NCBI GenBank assembly: GCA_963665115.1
Contig: OY762007.1
Coordinates: 4,640,001-4,704,000, forward strand
Reading direction: 5' to 3'
Length of the DNA: 64,000 bases
DNA from: an uncultured Rivularia sp.
Lineage (GTDB): Bacteria; Cyanobacteriota; Cyanobacteriia; Cyanobacteriales; Nostocaceae
The notes under the pieces were generated by a model that was not told the DNA's origin, searched no databases, and saw only the letters and a list, made by a program, of their open reading frames with translations. Shown piece by piece: positions 52,209-62,296 of the stretch; the first letter of the stretch is position 1, and every line of letters starts with the position of its first letter. The position numbers were made by a program, and so were the translations under genes.

Positions 52209-53271
52209 TTAATCTCGTTTGTGATGTTTCCTCATAGATTTAGTGATTGTCTTCCATCGCTTTTTAGTATCTAAATAAACTTTTTGTTCTTGTTTTTGAC
52301 TGAGATAATCAAGTTCTTTGTTTAACTTTTGATAACTGTGAAACCTCGAATAATCTAGTTTTCCTTCTTGTAATGCTTGCTGTACTGCACAACCGGGTTC
52401 TTGAGCGTGTTGACAGTTACGAAAACGACATTCTTCGGCTAAAGTTTCAATATCTTCAAAAGTTGAGTTTAAACTACCTTCACTTGCCCAAATTTGAATT
52501 TCTCGCATTCCTGGAGTATCTATAATTAAGCTACCGTTTGGTAGTAAAATCAATTCGCGATGGGTTGTAGTATGTCTGCCTCTATCATCTCCTTGACGTA
52601 CAGCTTTCACTGCTTGTATTGCTTCACCTTTAAGTTGATTGGTAATTGTTGATTTTCCCACACCCGATGAACCCAACAAAGCAACGGTTTTTCCTGGTTG
52701 TAAAAAGGGTTGAAGTGCTTCTAATCCTTGAGAATTTGCAGCACTAATAGTTACGATTGGTACACCCAAGGCAATATTTTCAACTTGGTTTAAGCAGTCT
52801 TTTAAGTTTTTACACAAGTCTGCTTTATTCAATAAAATAACTGGATTTGCACCACTTTCCCAAGCCAATATTAAATAGCGTTCGATTCTTCTGGGATTGA
52901 AATCACCATCCAATCCCGAAACTAAGAATACCGTATCAACATTAGCTGCAACTATTTGTTCTTTTGTGATTCCACCTGCACTCTGACGAGAAAATTTACT
53001 TTTTCTAGGTAAAATGCTGTGGATTGTGGCGCTTTTTTCTGATTCTCTAAGGCTAATTACAACCCAATCTCCCACTGCTGGAAATTCTGCTTGGGTTGCT
53101 TGATGACGAAATTTACCCGTTACTTCACCTGAAAGTTCACCGAATTCGCTGTGAAGAATGTAGGTATTACGATGTTTCTATCGCAACTCTAGCTACCGTC
53201 AATCCTTGCTGATGCAACGGTTCAAAGTTAGAAGCAAAAAAATCATTCCAACCTAAATATTCTAAATTCAT
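52209..53271 (-). CDS. rsgA: Ribosome small subunit-dependent GTPase RsgA; apparent +1 frameshift at T-run 53175-53177
   Basis: [24 protein letters not shown]-x-x-C-x-H-x-x-EPGC; corrected N-terminus [12 protein letters not shown]...ARVAIEHRNTY...PAVGDWV. Confidence 0.92.
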
Positions 53272-53302
53272 TGTTTTCCTTGATTGGTGCTTTTTGTGTT
53301 GT

Positions 53303-53425
53303 ACAAAGCGCAGCAACGCCGGAATTCGGTTTGATTGAGTACGATTTAGTTTTAAATTTGTTTCTTAGATTATCTATTAAAGAGAAATCGTAGGGAAACC
53401 GAATATGAAAGTCTTTGCGCTTTGT
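53303..53425 (-). promoter_or_regulatory. Long nested hairpin in the rsgA leader
   Basis: Perfect stems 53303-53312/53416-53425, 53324-53332/53396-53404, 53340-53347/53385-53392. Confidence 0.6.
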
Positions 53426-53471
53426 GTCGGTTGTGTTGCGTGACAATCTCTTGGGCTGCAAGTTCATTCAT
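53370..53471 (-). CDS. Putative 33-aa leader peptide upstream of rsgA
   Basis: AAAGGAGG 7 nt before ATG; MNELAAQEIVTQHNRHKAQRLSYSVSLRFLFNR*. Confidence 0.55.
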   Translation of the reverse strand: MNELAAQEIVTQHNRHKAQRLSYSVSLRFLFNR

Positions 53472-53638
53472 ATTCAATCCTCCTTTAAACTTTTTATTTT
53501 GATACTACAATTGTAGTCGATATAGTTTCAAAATTTTGTAAAATTGGAAGTTTTTTTTAATTGCAGCGATAATCCCTACCTCTGGGAAGCACTGCGAAGT
53601 CCGTTTCACTAGTAACAACGAACATTAATATAGAAAAT

Positions 53639-54592
53639 CTACTTAATAGAGAAGGAAGATTCAAGGTTCAGATTTCTATAAATAGGAAGTTGGAAACCTT
53701 GGTTTTTTTTTATATATAAAAATTTTACCAACGTTTGCCAATTTTTAGGAAATAAACAAGACGGATACAGAAGTTTTATTCCGTCTATTTTTTTATTTTT
53801 CAATTCAATTATTCCCCAATATAAGCTCAAAAAGCTAGAAAGTTCTGAAATACTAGGTATAGAATTATGATATTTTTCATGCACTAGCTGTAAAATATTT
53901 TGCTTTAACAAAATATGATTTTCTAATTTATTTTGAATAGAGAATTTTCTTGAATAGCCTCCATTCCATATAGTTCGGTATGCTAAACATTTATTCACGA
54001 AAATAGCATCACCGTATTGAGCAATTCTAATCCAAAATTCAATATCATTACCGTAGCCATTTAAAAGTGAATGCCAACCACCTGTTTGAAGAAATGCCTT
54101 TTTTTGAAAAGCCACTTGTACGGGAGTTCCAAATGGTAGTTGATCGATTAACATTCCATAATGAATGTCTTCTTGTTGAACATAAGTTGCCGCACTTGAA
54201 CCAATAGTAGAAGTTTGATTCAATATTTTGCCATCTGCTGTTACATTTGTAGCTTGACAAGAGCAAATTACTGCTTGGGGATGTGCATTCACGGCTTTAA
54301 TAAATGTTTCAATACAGTTTGGGGCTAAATAATCATCATCATCTAATAGCTTAATCCACCTTCCATTAGCTATTTTTACTCCGGCATTTATTGCCTCGGA
54401 TTGACCCATTTTGCTAGAATTACGATGATAAATGATGCGATCGCCTAAACTTCTCAGATATTCTTCTGTACCATCACTCGAATAATCATCAGCAATCACG
54501 ACTTCGCAAGGTACAGTCTGATTCAACGCTGATTCAACGGATTGTTTTAAAAGGGACAAACGATTTTGAGTAGTAATAACAATGCTAAACAT
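53639..54592 (-). CDS. Glycosyltransferase family 2
   Basis: FSIVITT-x-NR, DDYSSDGT, LDDDD. Confidence 0.9.
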   Translation of the reverse strand: MFSIVITTQNRLSLLKQSVESALNQTVPCEVVIADDYSSDGTEEYLRSLGDRIIYHRNSSKMGQSEAINAGVKIANGRWIKLLDDDDYLAPNCIETFIKAVNAHPQAVICSCQATNVTADGKILNQTSTIGSSAATYVQQEDIHYGMLIDQLPFGTPVQVAFQKKAFLQTGGWHSLLNGYGNDIEFWIRIAQYGDAIFVNKCLAYRTIWNGGYSRKFSIQNKLENHILLKQNILQLVHEKYHNSIPSISELSSFLSLYWGIIELKNKKIDGIKLLYPSCLFPKNWQTLVKFLYIKKNQGFQLPIYRNLNLESSFSIK

Positions 54593-54763
54593 TTAAAAGT
54601 GTTTATTTAATAACTAATTTTTTTCAATCTACTTTTAATAAGAATTAGGTGTTGAAACCGTTTAGATCGCGTTGATAATTACTAAATCGCAACTTAGCCT
54701 AATCAAAACCGTTATAGGATAAGAAGCGTTTTTAATTTATCGTACTGCGTAATTCCGCTTTCA

Positions 54764-54866
54764 TAAGCTGATGTGCAGCTAAATTGTATAAAACAAAATT
54801 TGGTAATTATTGTAGTGCGGGCATCTTGCCCGCTAATACTATACAAATTAAGTGCGTAACAACTTA
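54764..54866. mobile_element. MITE-like element (TAAG[C/T]TG...AATTGTATA ends) enclosing a REP at 54812-54833
   Basis: TAAGCTGATGTGCAGCTAAATTGTATA ... TATACAAATTAAGTGCGTAACAACTTA. Confidence 0.65.
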
Positions 54867-55092
54867 ATAGATGCGATTACCTACGCATATGTTAAGTGCG
54901 ATAAATTTTATACACAATGTTATTACTACTGAAATATTTTACTCTGCCTTTAGGTCAACTATATAAAATATTGATGTATTGGCAATAAATAATCATATTC
55001 ACGAAAATCTATCTCATCAAAATAAATATAAAACTTAATAAATAAATGCTCGCAATAAGGGTTAGAGCTGCTTACTACGAACTAAATAATTT

Positions 55093-57360
55093 TCAAATTT
55101 TGGAAACTGCTACTGCATTAACATCAACTTTGCGATCGAATAAGATTCGTGGTTTGAGTAATATTTTGAAGAGTAGTATAAATGATTGTAGTTCTCCGGG
55201 GGTACATTTACGCTTCCATTGTCCGGGACGACAAAATAACATTTGTACTAAACGGCGATGCTGAGGTACGGCAACAAGAGGAAATTTGACTCGAATTGTG
55301 GGAAATTCATCTTTGATGCCGGTGTTTACAATCTCTGCGTTTAGCTGCAAGTTTTCTTCAGCTATTTCTAGTTTTACCGATTGATTGGGAGTTAATTCCA
55401 TTGGTATTTGTTGAGTTAATGCAATTTCTGCACCAACTTCGGAAATCATTGTGGTGACTCCCCAAGCTGTTTTTTCGCCAACTTCTAAACGTACTACCCG
55501 TCTCAAGTCAAACCATTCGTAAACATCGGCTTTGGGTGCATCAAGTAATATTAATAGAGCGATACCAATTAATATTAAGTTATAAATACTCCATATCCAT
55601 CCTAAATCTAAACCTTGAAAATGCTCTACTACTTGAGGAGTGCTTGATTGCTGCCATAATAGCGCCAAACACATTCCTAAGTTGCGCCACAGACTAATTG
55701 CATTGGCGATAAATAAAATAATTAAAGGTAAAGCTAAATTCCAGTTGAAATAAAATTTATTACTGGCGTTTCCTTTGGGTGTAACTTTAAATCCTTTGGA
55801 AAACGGATTTAACATTACTTTTATTACCGTTAATGCCAGGGGGAAAGCTAAGGCTATACTGTATATTTCTGATAGGATGGCAGAACGAGAACGTGAATTT
55901 AACCAGGAAAATACTGTTAATTGAGTTAGATAAAAAGGTAAAAGGAAATAAAGTGCTTCTTCTACGGTTGCCTGTACGGGAATAATGCCTAAAAATGAGT
56001 AAGCTAAAGGCATTAATAGAAATCCGACGCGGGAAATGCTAGCAAACCAGTTGAGCAATCCTTCTAGATGAGCTAATCTTTGTAATGGTCGCAATCCTTT
56101 AATTGTAAGGGGATTTGATTTAATAAAAAATGCTTGTAAAGTACCTTGCGCCCAGCGGATGCGTTGAGTTGCGTGTGCGCCGATATTTTCAGCAGCTAAA
56201 CCCGCACTAAGTTTTTCATCTAAATAAATAAGTTTGTACCCTTTAGCTGATAAATTGATTCCTGTAAAGTAATCTTCGCTGAGAGATTCAGTGACAAAAC
56301 CACCAGTTATTTCTAAAGCGCTGCGTCGAACAACAAAGGAAGTCCCCGCACAAACTACACTTCCGGCGCTATCTTTTATCGGTTGAATTTGTCTGTAAAA
56401 AACTTCTTCTTCGGGAGTGACGACGTTTTCTAAACCTAAATTATGAGCGATGGGATCTGCATTATAAAAGCTTTGAGGTGTTTGTACTAAAGCAACTTGC
56501 TCGTCTTGGAAAAAGCCGACTGTACGAGTAAGAAAGTTTGAGGTAGGAATAAAATCGGCATCAAAGACAACGATTAATTCTCCGTTGATTTGAGTAAATG
56601 CATGATTTATATTACCTGCTTTGGCATGATTATTTTGCATCCTAGAAATGTATTCACATCCCAACTCTTCAGCTAAAGCCTTCATTTCCGGACGGCGAGT
56701 ATCATCTAATAAATAAATAGTTTTATTCTTATATTCCAAAGCTTGACAACCAACGATCGTCCTTCGCAAAATAAAAGCTGGTTCGTTATAAGTTGGAATT
56801 AAAACATCGACGCTGGGATTAAATTCTCCTTCAATAACCGCAATTGATTTTCGATCTGCGTCGTGACGGCGTTCTTTAACATTCAGCATTAAAAACAACT
56901 GAATTGTGGCACTAAATAACACCATCATTTCCAAACCAAATAAACCCAAACTAAACGCTCCATTCAAAGGAGTGTCTAAATTTAGAGTTGATAAAGAGCG
57001 CCACAATATATATCTTCCAGTTAACAATAATAATATTCCAACTACCAATCTTCGCGACCAAATACGCGGTTGGGGAGAAACTTTCATCACCGCTAAGACA
57101 GTTAATAATAATGCCACAGTCGGCGCTAATAAATATTTTCCCGTCACCATTGGTGCTTCCAACCACATTGGTGGATTTCGCTGTAAAAAGTTAATTTGAG
57201 CAAAAATTGCATTGATTTGATTTTCTCCAGCAAACCAAGCTGCAACAATAACTGCCGATAATATGACAATGCTTAATAAAAATAGAGTTGCTGTTCTAAT
57301 TTTGAGTTTACTTTTACGAAGATTACGGCGATATTTAATTTCAGATGGTGTAATAGTCAT
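55093..57360 (-). CDS. Cellulose-synthase-like processive GT2 (BcsA-like)
   Basis: PTYNE, LDD, HAKAGN, FDAD, QTPQ, SED, QRIRW, FKVTPK; C-terminal PilZ-like region. Confidence 0.88.
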   Translation of the reverse strand: MTITPSEIKYRRNLRKSKLKIRTATLFLLSIVILSAVIVAAWFAGENQINAIFAQINFLQRNPPMWLEAPMVTGKYLLAPTVALLLTVLAVMKVSPQPRIWSRRLVVGILLLLTGRYILWRSLSTLNLDTPLNGAFSLGLFGLEMMVLFSATIQLFLMLNVKERRHDADRKSIAVIEGEFNPSVDVLIPTYNEPAFILRRTIVGCQALEYKNKTIYLLDDTRRPEMKALAEELGCEYISRMQNNHAKAGNINHAFTQINGELIVVFDADFIPTSNFLTRTVGFFQDEQVALVQTPQSFYNADPIAHNLGLENVVTPEEEVFYRQIQPIKDSAGSVVCAGTSFVVRRSALEITGGFVTESLSEDYFTGINLSAKGYKLIYLDEKLSAGLAAENIGAHATQRIRWAQGTLQAFFIKSNPLTIKGLRPLQRLAHLEGLLNWFASISRVGFLLMPLAYSFLGIIPVQATVEEALYFLLPFYLTQLTVFSWLNSRSRSAILSEIYSIALAFPLALTVIKVMLNPFSKGFKVTPKGNASNKFYFNWNLALPLIILFIANAISLWRNLGMCLALLWQQSSTPQVVEHFQGLDLGWIWSIYNLILIGIALLILLDAPKADVYEWFDLRRVVRLEVGEKTAWGVTTMISEVGAEIALTQQIPMELTPNQSVKLEIAEENLQLNAEIVNTGIKDEFPTIRVKFPLVAVPQHRRLVQMLFCRPGQWKRKCTPGELQSFILLFKILLKPRILFDRKVDVNAVAVSKI

Positions 57361-57625
57361 TTTACTGCTCCGATAGTTGGTAGACGTACTAATTTTTGAA
57401 TTTAGATTATCTCTTTATTCTCTTTCTCAGCGCTCTCAGCGCCTAGTAAGGTTTAATCAAATCCAAGATTAACTATAGATTTATTTCTAAACTCCTGGAT
57501 TAAAACAAGATTAGAAATAAAATCAAAAATTTAGTCTAATTTTCAACAACTTCTCAGCTTCTATTAATTTATCTACTAAGACAAAGCTCTAAAGTGTAGC
57601 TATAAACGAATTAGAGGAGACTGCA

Positions 57626-58090
57626 ATGAAATTCAAGTATGTAGCCGTTTTAGGTATTGTTGCTTTATTAAGCGTAGGTTGTACAAATGTAGAATCACAG
57701 CAATCAGAAACTCAACCCCAAGCAGAAACAGTTGCAGAAACTCCTGCTGCTGGCTCGGTACAATCATCGGGTGCTTTTATCGACGCAGAACACCCAACCA
57801 AGGGAACCGCTAGTATTATTACTGAAAATGGTAAGAAATACATACAATTTGATGACAAGTTTAAATCCGATAATGGCCCCGATTTATTCGTAATTTTGCA
57901 CAAAGACGATAAATTACCAATTACCGGAATTAAAGAAGCAGATTATACAAGTATCGCTCCTTTGAAAAGCACAAACGGCGCTCAAAAGTATGAAATCCCT
58001 GAAAATGTAGATGTAGCGAACTTCAAATCTGTAGCTATTTGGTGTCGTAAATTTAATGCAACTTTCGGTTATGCAGTTTTGAAAGCATAA
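57626..58090 (+). CDS. DM13-domain lipoprotein
   Basis: Lipobox SVGC; H-x-T-x-G, GPDL, WCRKFNATFG. Confidence 0.9.
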   Translation: MKFKYVAVLGIVALLSVGCTNVESQQSETQPQAETVAETPAAGSVQSSGAFIDAEHPTKGTASIITENGKKYIQFDDKFKSDNGPDLFVILHKDDKLPITGIKEADYTSIAPLKSTNGAQKYEIPENVDVANFKSVAIWCRKFNATFGYAVLKA

Positions 58091-58244
58091 TTAATTCTAA
58101 TAGATAAAAAGGTTCGTAGTCAGTGCTTTAGCGCTCAAATTTAGGACTAAAGTCCTTGCTACAAACCTCTTCAAATTGATGGAATTCTAATATTTCACAA
58201 TCGCTTCTCTTCAACAATTCATAATACAAGGCTTAGACAAGAAG

Positions 58245-58940
58245 ATGGAACTAACAGATTTTATTACACTCATACATCCGGCGATCGCAATTATTTTCGT
58301 GTTCCCCCTCATCGGTAATGTAGTTAACTTCGCATGGGCTGCACGTCAGCGTCGTTTGCAAACCAAAGCCAAAGTAAAAAGCAAAATTCCCGCAGTTTCA
58401 GGTGCAGAACATAAGCGTTTAGGAGATTGGTTAACTGGCTCGGTTGTCGGACTAACTTTACTTGGTGTAGGGCATCCAATTGCAGAAAATATTATTAAAC
58501 AAGAGTTGTGGAGTAAATCACCGTTTCAAGTAGTTTTTATTATTTTATTGTTTGCTGCCACAATTGCTTCTTTAGTATTTCTCTACAAAGCCAAAGAGAA
58601 GCAATGGAGAGCAATTTTTGCAACCTTGACGGGAATGGGAATAGTTATATTGGGTTGCCAAGATGGTGTTTTTCGGCGTACAAATGAATGGTACTGGTCA
58701 CACTATTATTATGGAATAGTAGCATCTTTACTGATGGTTTTCTCTTTAGCAATTGTACCGGAAATTTATCGCGACAAAACTAATAAATGGCGCATTATTC
58801 ACACAGTAGTTAATACTTTCGCTCTAATGCTATTTATCGGACAAGGTATGACAGGAGTTAGAGATTTATTAGAAATTCCTTTAAGTTGGCAGAAACCTTT
58901 TGTCTTTCAATGCGACTTTGTTAATAAAACGTGCTCTTAA
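58245..58940 (+). CDS. DUF4079-like membrane protein
   Basis: Multi-TM protein with conserved His (HP, EH, SHYYYG, IIH) and TGVRDLLEIP. Confidence 0.75.
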   Translation: MELTDFITLIHPAIAIIFVFPLIGNVVNFAWAARQRRLQTKAKVKSKIPAVSGAEHKRLGDWLTGSVVGLTLLGVGHPIAENIIKQELWSKSPFQVVFIILLFAATIASLVFLYKAKEKQWRAIFATLTGMGIVILGCQDGVFRRTNEWYWSHYYYGIVASLLMVFSLAIVPEIYRDKTNKWRIIHTVVNTFALMLFIGQGMTGVRDLLEIPLSWQKPFVFQCDFVNKTCS

Positions 58941-59058
58941 CAGTGAACAGTTATCAATTATCAGTTATCAGTGAACAGTGATAGCTGATAATTAACTACT
59001 TTTTAATTATTTAACTTCTATAAAAACTAACTACTATCAACTAACAACTATCTTTTAT

Positions 59059-60450
59059 ATGAAACTTGACTTTAATTCTTTAAGATTACGTTTAACGGCT
59101 GGTGTTGCTGCTTTTTCTATTCTTGGTTTAGGTAGCCTTGCTACTTGGACTGGTTGGAGAATGCAGCAAATATTAATTGAGAGTCATAAAAAAAATATTG
59201 AAGAAATCGCTACAACTATACCCCGCGATGCCGAACTTTATAGCAAAATGGCTTCGCGAGAAAAAGCACTTTCTCAAGCAATTAAAAATTTAGATACTAA
59301 TAATACGTTTTTATGGGTGGAAAGTTCGGAAAATACAATATTAGCGAAGTCTAATACTTTGATGAACTCGTCACAAACCCAAGAGAATCAATTAATTGCT
59401 TTAAAAAATATCCCAATTAAACCTAAAGTCGTTCAAATTAATAACCGCTATTTTGTATTTTGTAGCGATTCTTTAAAAATAAATGGCAAGCAAATCGGAT
59501 ATATTTCTGTAGCTCAAGACATCACCCGCGACCAAACTATGTTTGTGTCAATGATGCAAGGTGTAGGTGTTACTAGCGTTTTAGTAATTGTCGTAATGGC
59601 TGGAGCGATCGCCTTTTATATTCAACGCTCTTTAAAGCCTTTACGACAGCTAAGTCAAATGACAGAAGTTATTTCTGCTGACGATTTAGGAAAAGCACAA
59701 CTTTATTTAGAGAAAGCACCTACTGAAGTTAAACAGTTAGCTGAAACTTGTAATATGATGCTGGCTCGTCTTTCCGATTCATGGGAGAAAGAGCGACAAT
59801 TTGTTAGTAATGTCTCTCACGAATTACGCACGCCGCTGGCAATTGTTCACGGTTACTTACAAAGCGTATTAAGAAGACAGCAAAATTTAACAGAAGTTCA
59901 AAAAGAAGCTTTAGAAACTGCGGCATCGGAAGCAGAAAGCACTATTGCTTTATTACAAGATTTACTGGAGTTAGCCAGAGCAGACCACGGTAATTTACAT
60001 CTTAATATAGAAAACTGCATCTTAAATGATGTGGTGAGCGAAGTTGTGGAAATGGCAGATAAATACAGCGAAAGAGATATTAAAGTTGATGCTTCAAGAG
60101 AGGTAATTGAAGTTAAAGCAGACTATAAACGTCTCAAACAAGTACTGCTTAACTTAATTGACAATGCTGTTAAATATTCCGAAGCAGGTACGCCGATAAC
60201 TTTAAAGTTAACTCGCAAGGAAGATGAAGGATGCGTGCAAGTTTGCGATGTGGGTTATGGGATACCTTTACAACATCAATCGCGGATATTCGAGCGCTTT
60301 TACCGAGTAGATGAAGCGCGTAATCGTGCCGGTGGAACTGGCTTGGGTTTATCGATTGTTAAGACGCTGGTTGAAGGAATGGGTGGTAAGGTTTCGGTAC
60401 GTTCTAAGTTGAGTGAAGGAAGTATTTTTACCGTTTGTTTGCCGGTTTAG
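59059..60450 (+). CDS. Membrane HAMP sensor histidine kinase
   Basis: Two TMs, VSHELRTPL, NLIDNAVKY, DVGYGIP, GGTGLGL. Confidence 0.93.
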   Translation: MKLDFNSLRLRLTAGVAAFSILGLGSLATWTGWRMQQILIESHKKNIEEIATTIPRDAELYSKMASREKALSQAIKNLDTNNTFLWVESSENTILAKSNTLMNSSQTQENQLIALKNIPIKPKVVQINNRYFVFCSDSLKINGKQIGYISVAQDITRDQTMFVSMMQGVGVTSVLVIVVMAGAIAFYIQRSLKPLRQLSQMTEVISADDLGKAQLYLEKAPTEVKQLAETCNMMLARLSDSWEKERQFVSNVSHELRTPLAIVHGYLQSVLRRQQNLTEVQKEALETAASEAESTIALLQDLLELARADHGNLHLNIENCILNDVVSEVVEMADKYSERDIKVDASREVIEVKADYKRLKQVLLNLIDNAVKYSEAGTPITLKLTRKEDEGCVQVCDVGYGIPLQHQSRIFERFYRVDEARNRAGGTGLGLSIVKTLVEGMGGKVSVRSKLSEGSIFTVCLPV

Positions 60451-60634
60451 AAAATGGGTAATTGGTAATTGGTAATTAATTATTGTAGGGTGCTGTGACG
60501 GTTACGATGATTTTTCAACTTTAACGAAACAATTTGAAATTACCGTCACGCACCATCTGTTAATTTTTAAATTAATAAATGATAAACCGCAGAGAGCGCA
60601 GAGAGCGCGGAGGAAGAGAAGGAAGAGAGATTTG

Positions 60635-62296
60635 TTATTTACCGAAAAGTCTTTTCCACAAAGGGTTTTTCTTATTCTTTTTTTTCTGCATAATTTCTAG
60701 ACTTTTACGAGTTGTTTTAGTGTCGGGATGATTTTCACCTAAGATGCGTTTTCTCAATTCCAAAGCTTGGATATAGAGGGGTTCAGCCTCTTCGTACTTT
60801 CCTTGGGAATCGTAGAGTAATGCTAAATTATTCAAATTGCTTGCTGTTTCGGGATGATTTTCTCCGAGTAGCTGTTTTCTTAACTCCAAAGCTTGGATAT
60901 AAAGGGGTTCAGCTTCTTCGTGCTTTCTTTGGGATTTGTAGAGATTAGCTAAATTGTTCAAACTCCTTGCAGTGTGGGGATGATTAACTCCGAGTAGCTG
61001 TTTTCTTAACTCCAAAGCTTGGATATGAAGGGGTTCAGCTTCTTCGTACTTTCCTTGGTGATAGTAGAGAGAAGCTAAATTGTTCAAACTGGTTGCAGTG
61101 TCGGGATGATTTTCTCCGAGTAGCTGTTTTCTTAACTCCAAAACTTGAATATGAAGGAGTTCAGCTTCTTTACACTTTCCGATGCGTTCGTAGAGATTAG
61201 CTAAATTGTTCAAACTCCTTGCAGTGAGGGGATGATTTTCTCCGAGTAGCTGTTTTCTTAACTCCAAAGCTTGGATATGAAGGGGTTCAGCTTCTTCGTA
61301 CTTTCCTTGCTGATAGTAAAGAGAAGCTAAATTGTTCAAACTGGTTGCAGTGTCGGGATGATTTTCTCCGAGTAGTTGTTTTCTTAACTCCAAAGCTTGG
61401 ATATAAAGGGGTTCAAGTTTTTCGTACTTTCCTTGGGAATTGTAGAGATTAGCTAAATTGTTTAAGCTACGAGCTAATTCTTCTTCTAAACCTAATTCCG
61501 TCTGCAATTCAACCGCTTTAGAATAATACTCAACCGCTAAACCCTGCTCTTTCTGATAATCCCCAGCTTCACCTCTATCTAATCTTCTTTTATAAATATC
61601 CGCCAATTCAACATACAAAGTCGCTAATTTCTTATCTTCCTTCCCATTTTCCCTTTCTATCTGCTCAATCAACCTCTGCAAATCTTCAACGGATAAAGAA
61701 TAGGATTTATCATCATCAAATTCATCTAATTCCGTACCTTGAAAATTCAAACGTATCTGCTCTAATTCTCTAACGTCAACAAAATTTTTCGCTTTTGAAA
61801 CAAAGTGAAATACACCACTGCGCCAACTCCAAAAGTCTGGTGCTTTCTTTATTAAGTTAACTAAAAGTTGATTTGTCACCCATAGTACAATTGCAAACGG
61901 ATATTCTCGCAGTGCTTCTCTTGTCCACTGTAAGTAACCAAAAAATTTCTCTTGTTCCGATTGCTCTTCTCCGAATTTTAGAAAAAATAATTGCTGTACT
62001 CCAGTTACTGTAATTACTGCTGGTTGAGAATTACGTAAATATTCTTCTTGCTCTACTAACTGATTAATTGCAGCATTTAAACTTGGTTCGCCACGAGCTA
62101 AAGTAGTGCGATAATGACGAAAGTGTGGCTGAAGTTCGGCTTCGTATTTGGCAATAATTTCATCGCGAAAGGTTCCATTGTCGCAAACTGCAATCAACAA
62201 ACTTAATTTTCCTTCTCCTGCTTCAATGGAAACGATTAAATCGTCGTAAGCATCTTGATTTTGCTCGTCTGGATTAACTGATGATTTAGTTACCAT
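60635..62296 (-). CDS. TPR (42-aa, kinesin-light-chain-type) repeat protein with degenerate NTPase-like N-terminus
   Basis: Six near-identical 126-bp repeats SLNNLA...ALELRKQLLGENHP; APDFWSWR motif. Confidence 0.85.
   Translation of the reverse strand: MVTKSSVNPDEQNQDAYDDLIVSIEAGEGKLSLLIAVCDNGTFRDEIIAKYEAELQPHFRHYRTTLARGEPSLNAAINQLVEQEEYLRNSQPAVITVTGVQQLFFLKFGEEQSEQEKFFGYLQWTREALREYPFAIVLWVTNQLLVNLIKKAPDFWSWRSGVFHFVSKAKNFVDVRELEQIRLNFQGTELDEFDDDKSYSLSVEDLQRLIEQIERENGKEDKKLATLYVELADIYKRRLDRGEAGDYQKEQGLAVEYYSKAVELQTELGLEEELARSLNNLANLYNSQGKYEKLEPLYIQALELRKQLLGENHPDTATSLNNLASLYYQQGKYEEAEPLHIQALELRKQLLGENHPLTARSLNNLANLYERIGKCKEAELLHIQVLELRKQLLGENHPDTATSLNNLASLYYHQGKYEEAEPLHIQALELRKQLLGVNHPHTARSLNNLANLYKSQRKHEEAEPLYIQALELRKQLLGENHPETASNLNNLALLYDSQGKYEEAEPLYIQALELRKRILGENHPDTKTTRKSLEIMQKKKNKKNPLWKRLFGK

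Noticed and set aside
53243..53467. 74-aa ORF upstream of rsgA
   Set aside because: The SD is better spaced for ATG 53471 in another frame, and this ORF overlaps the corrected rsgA start
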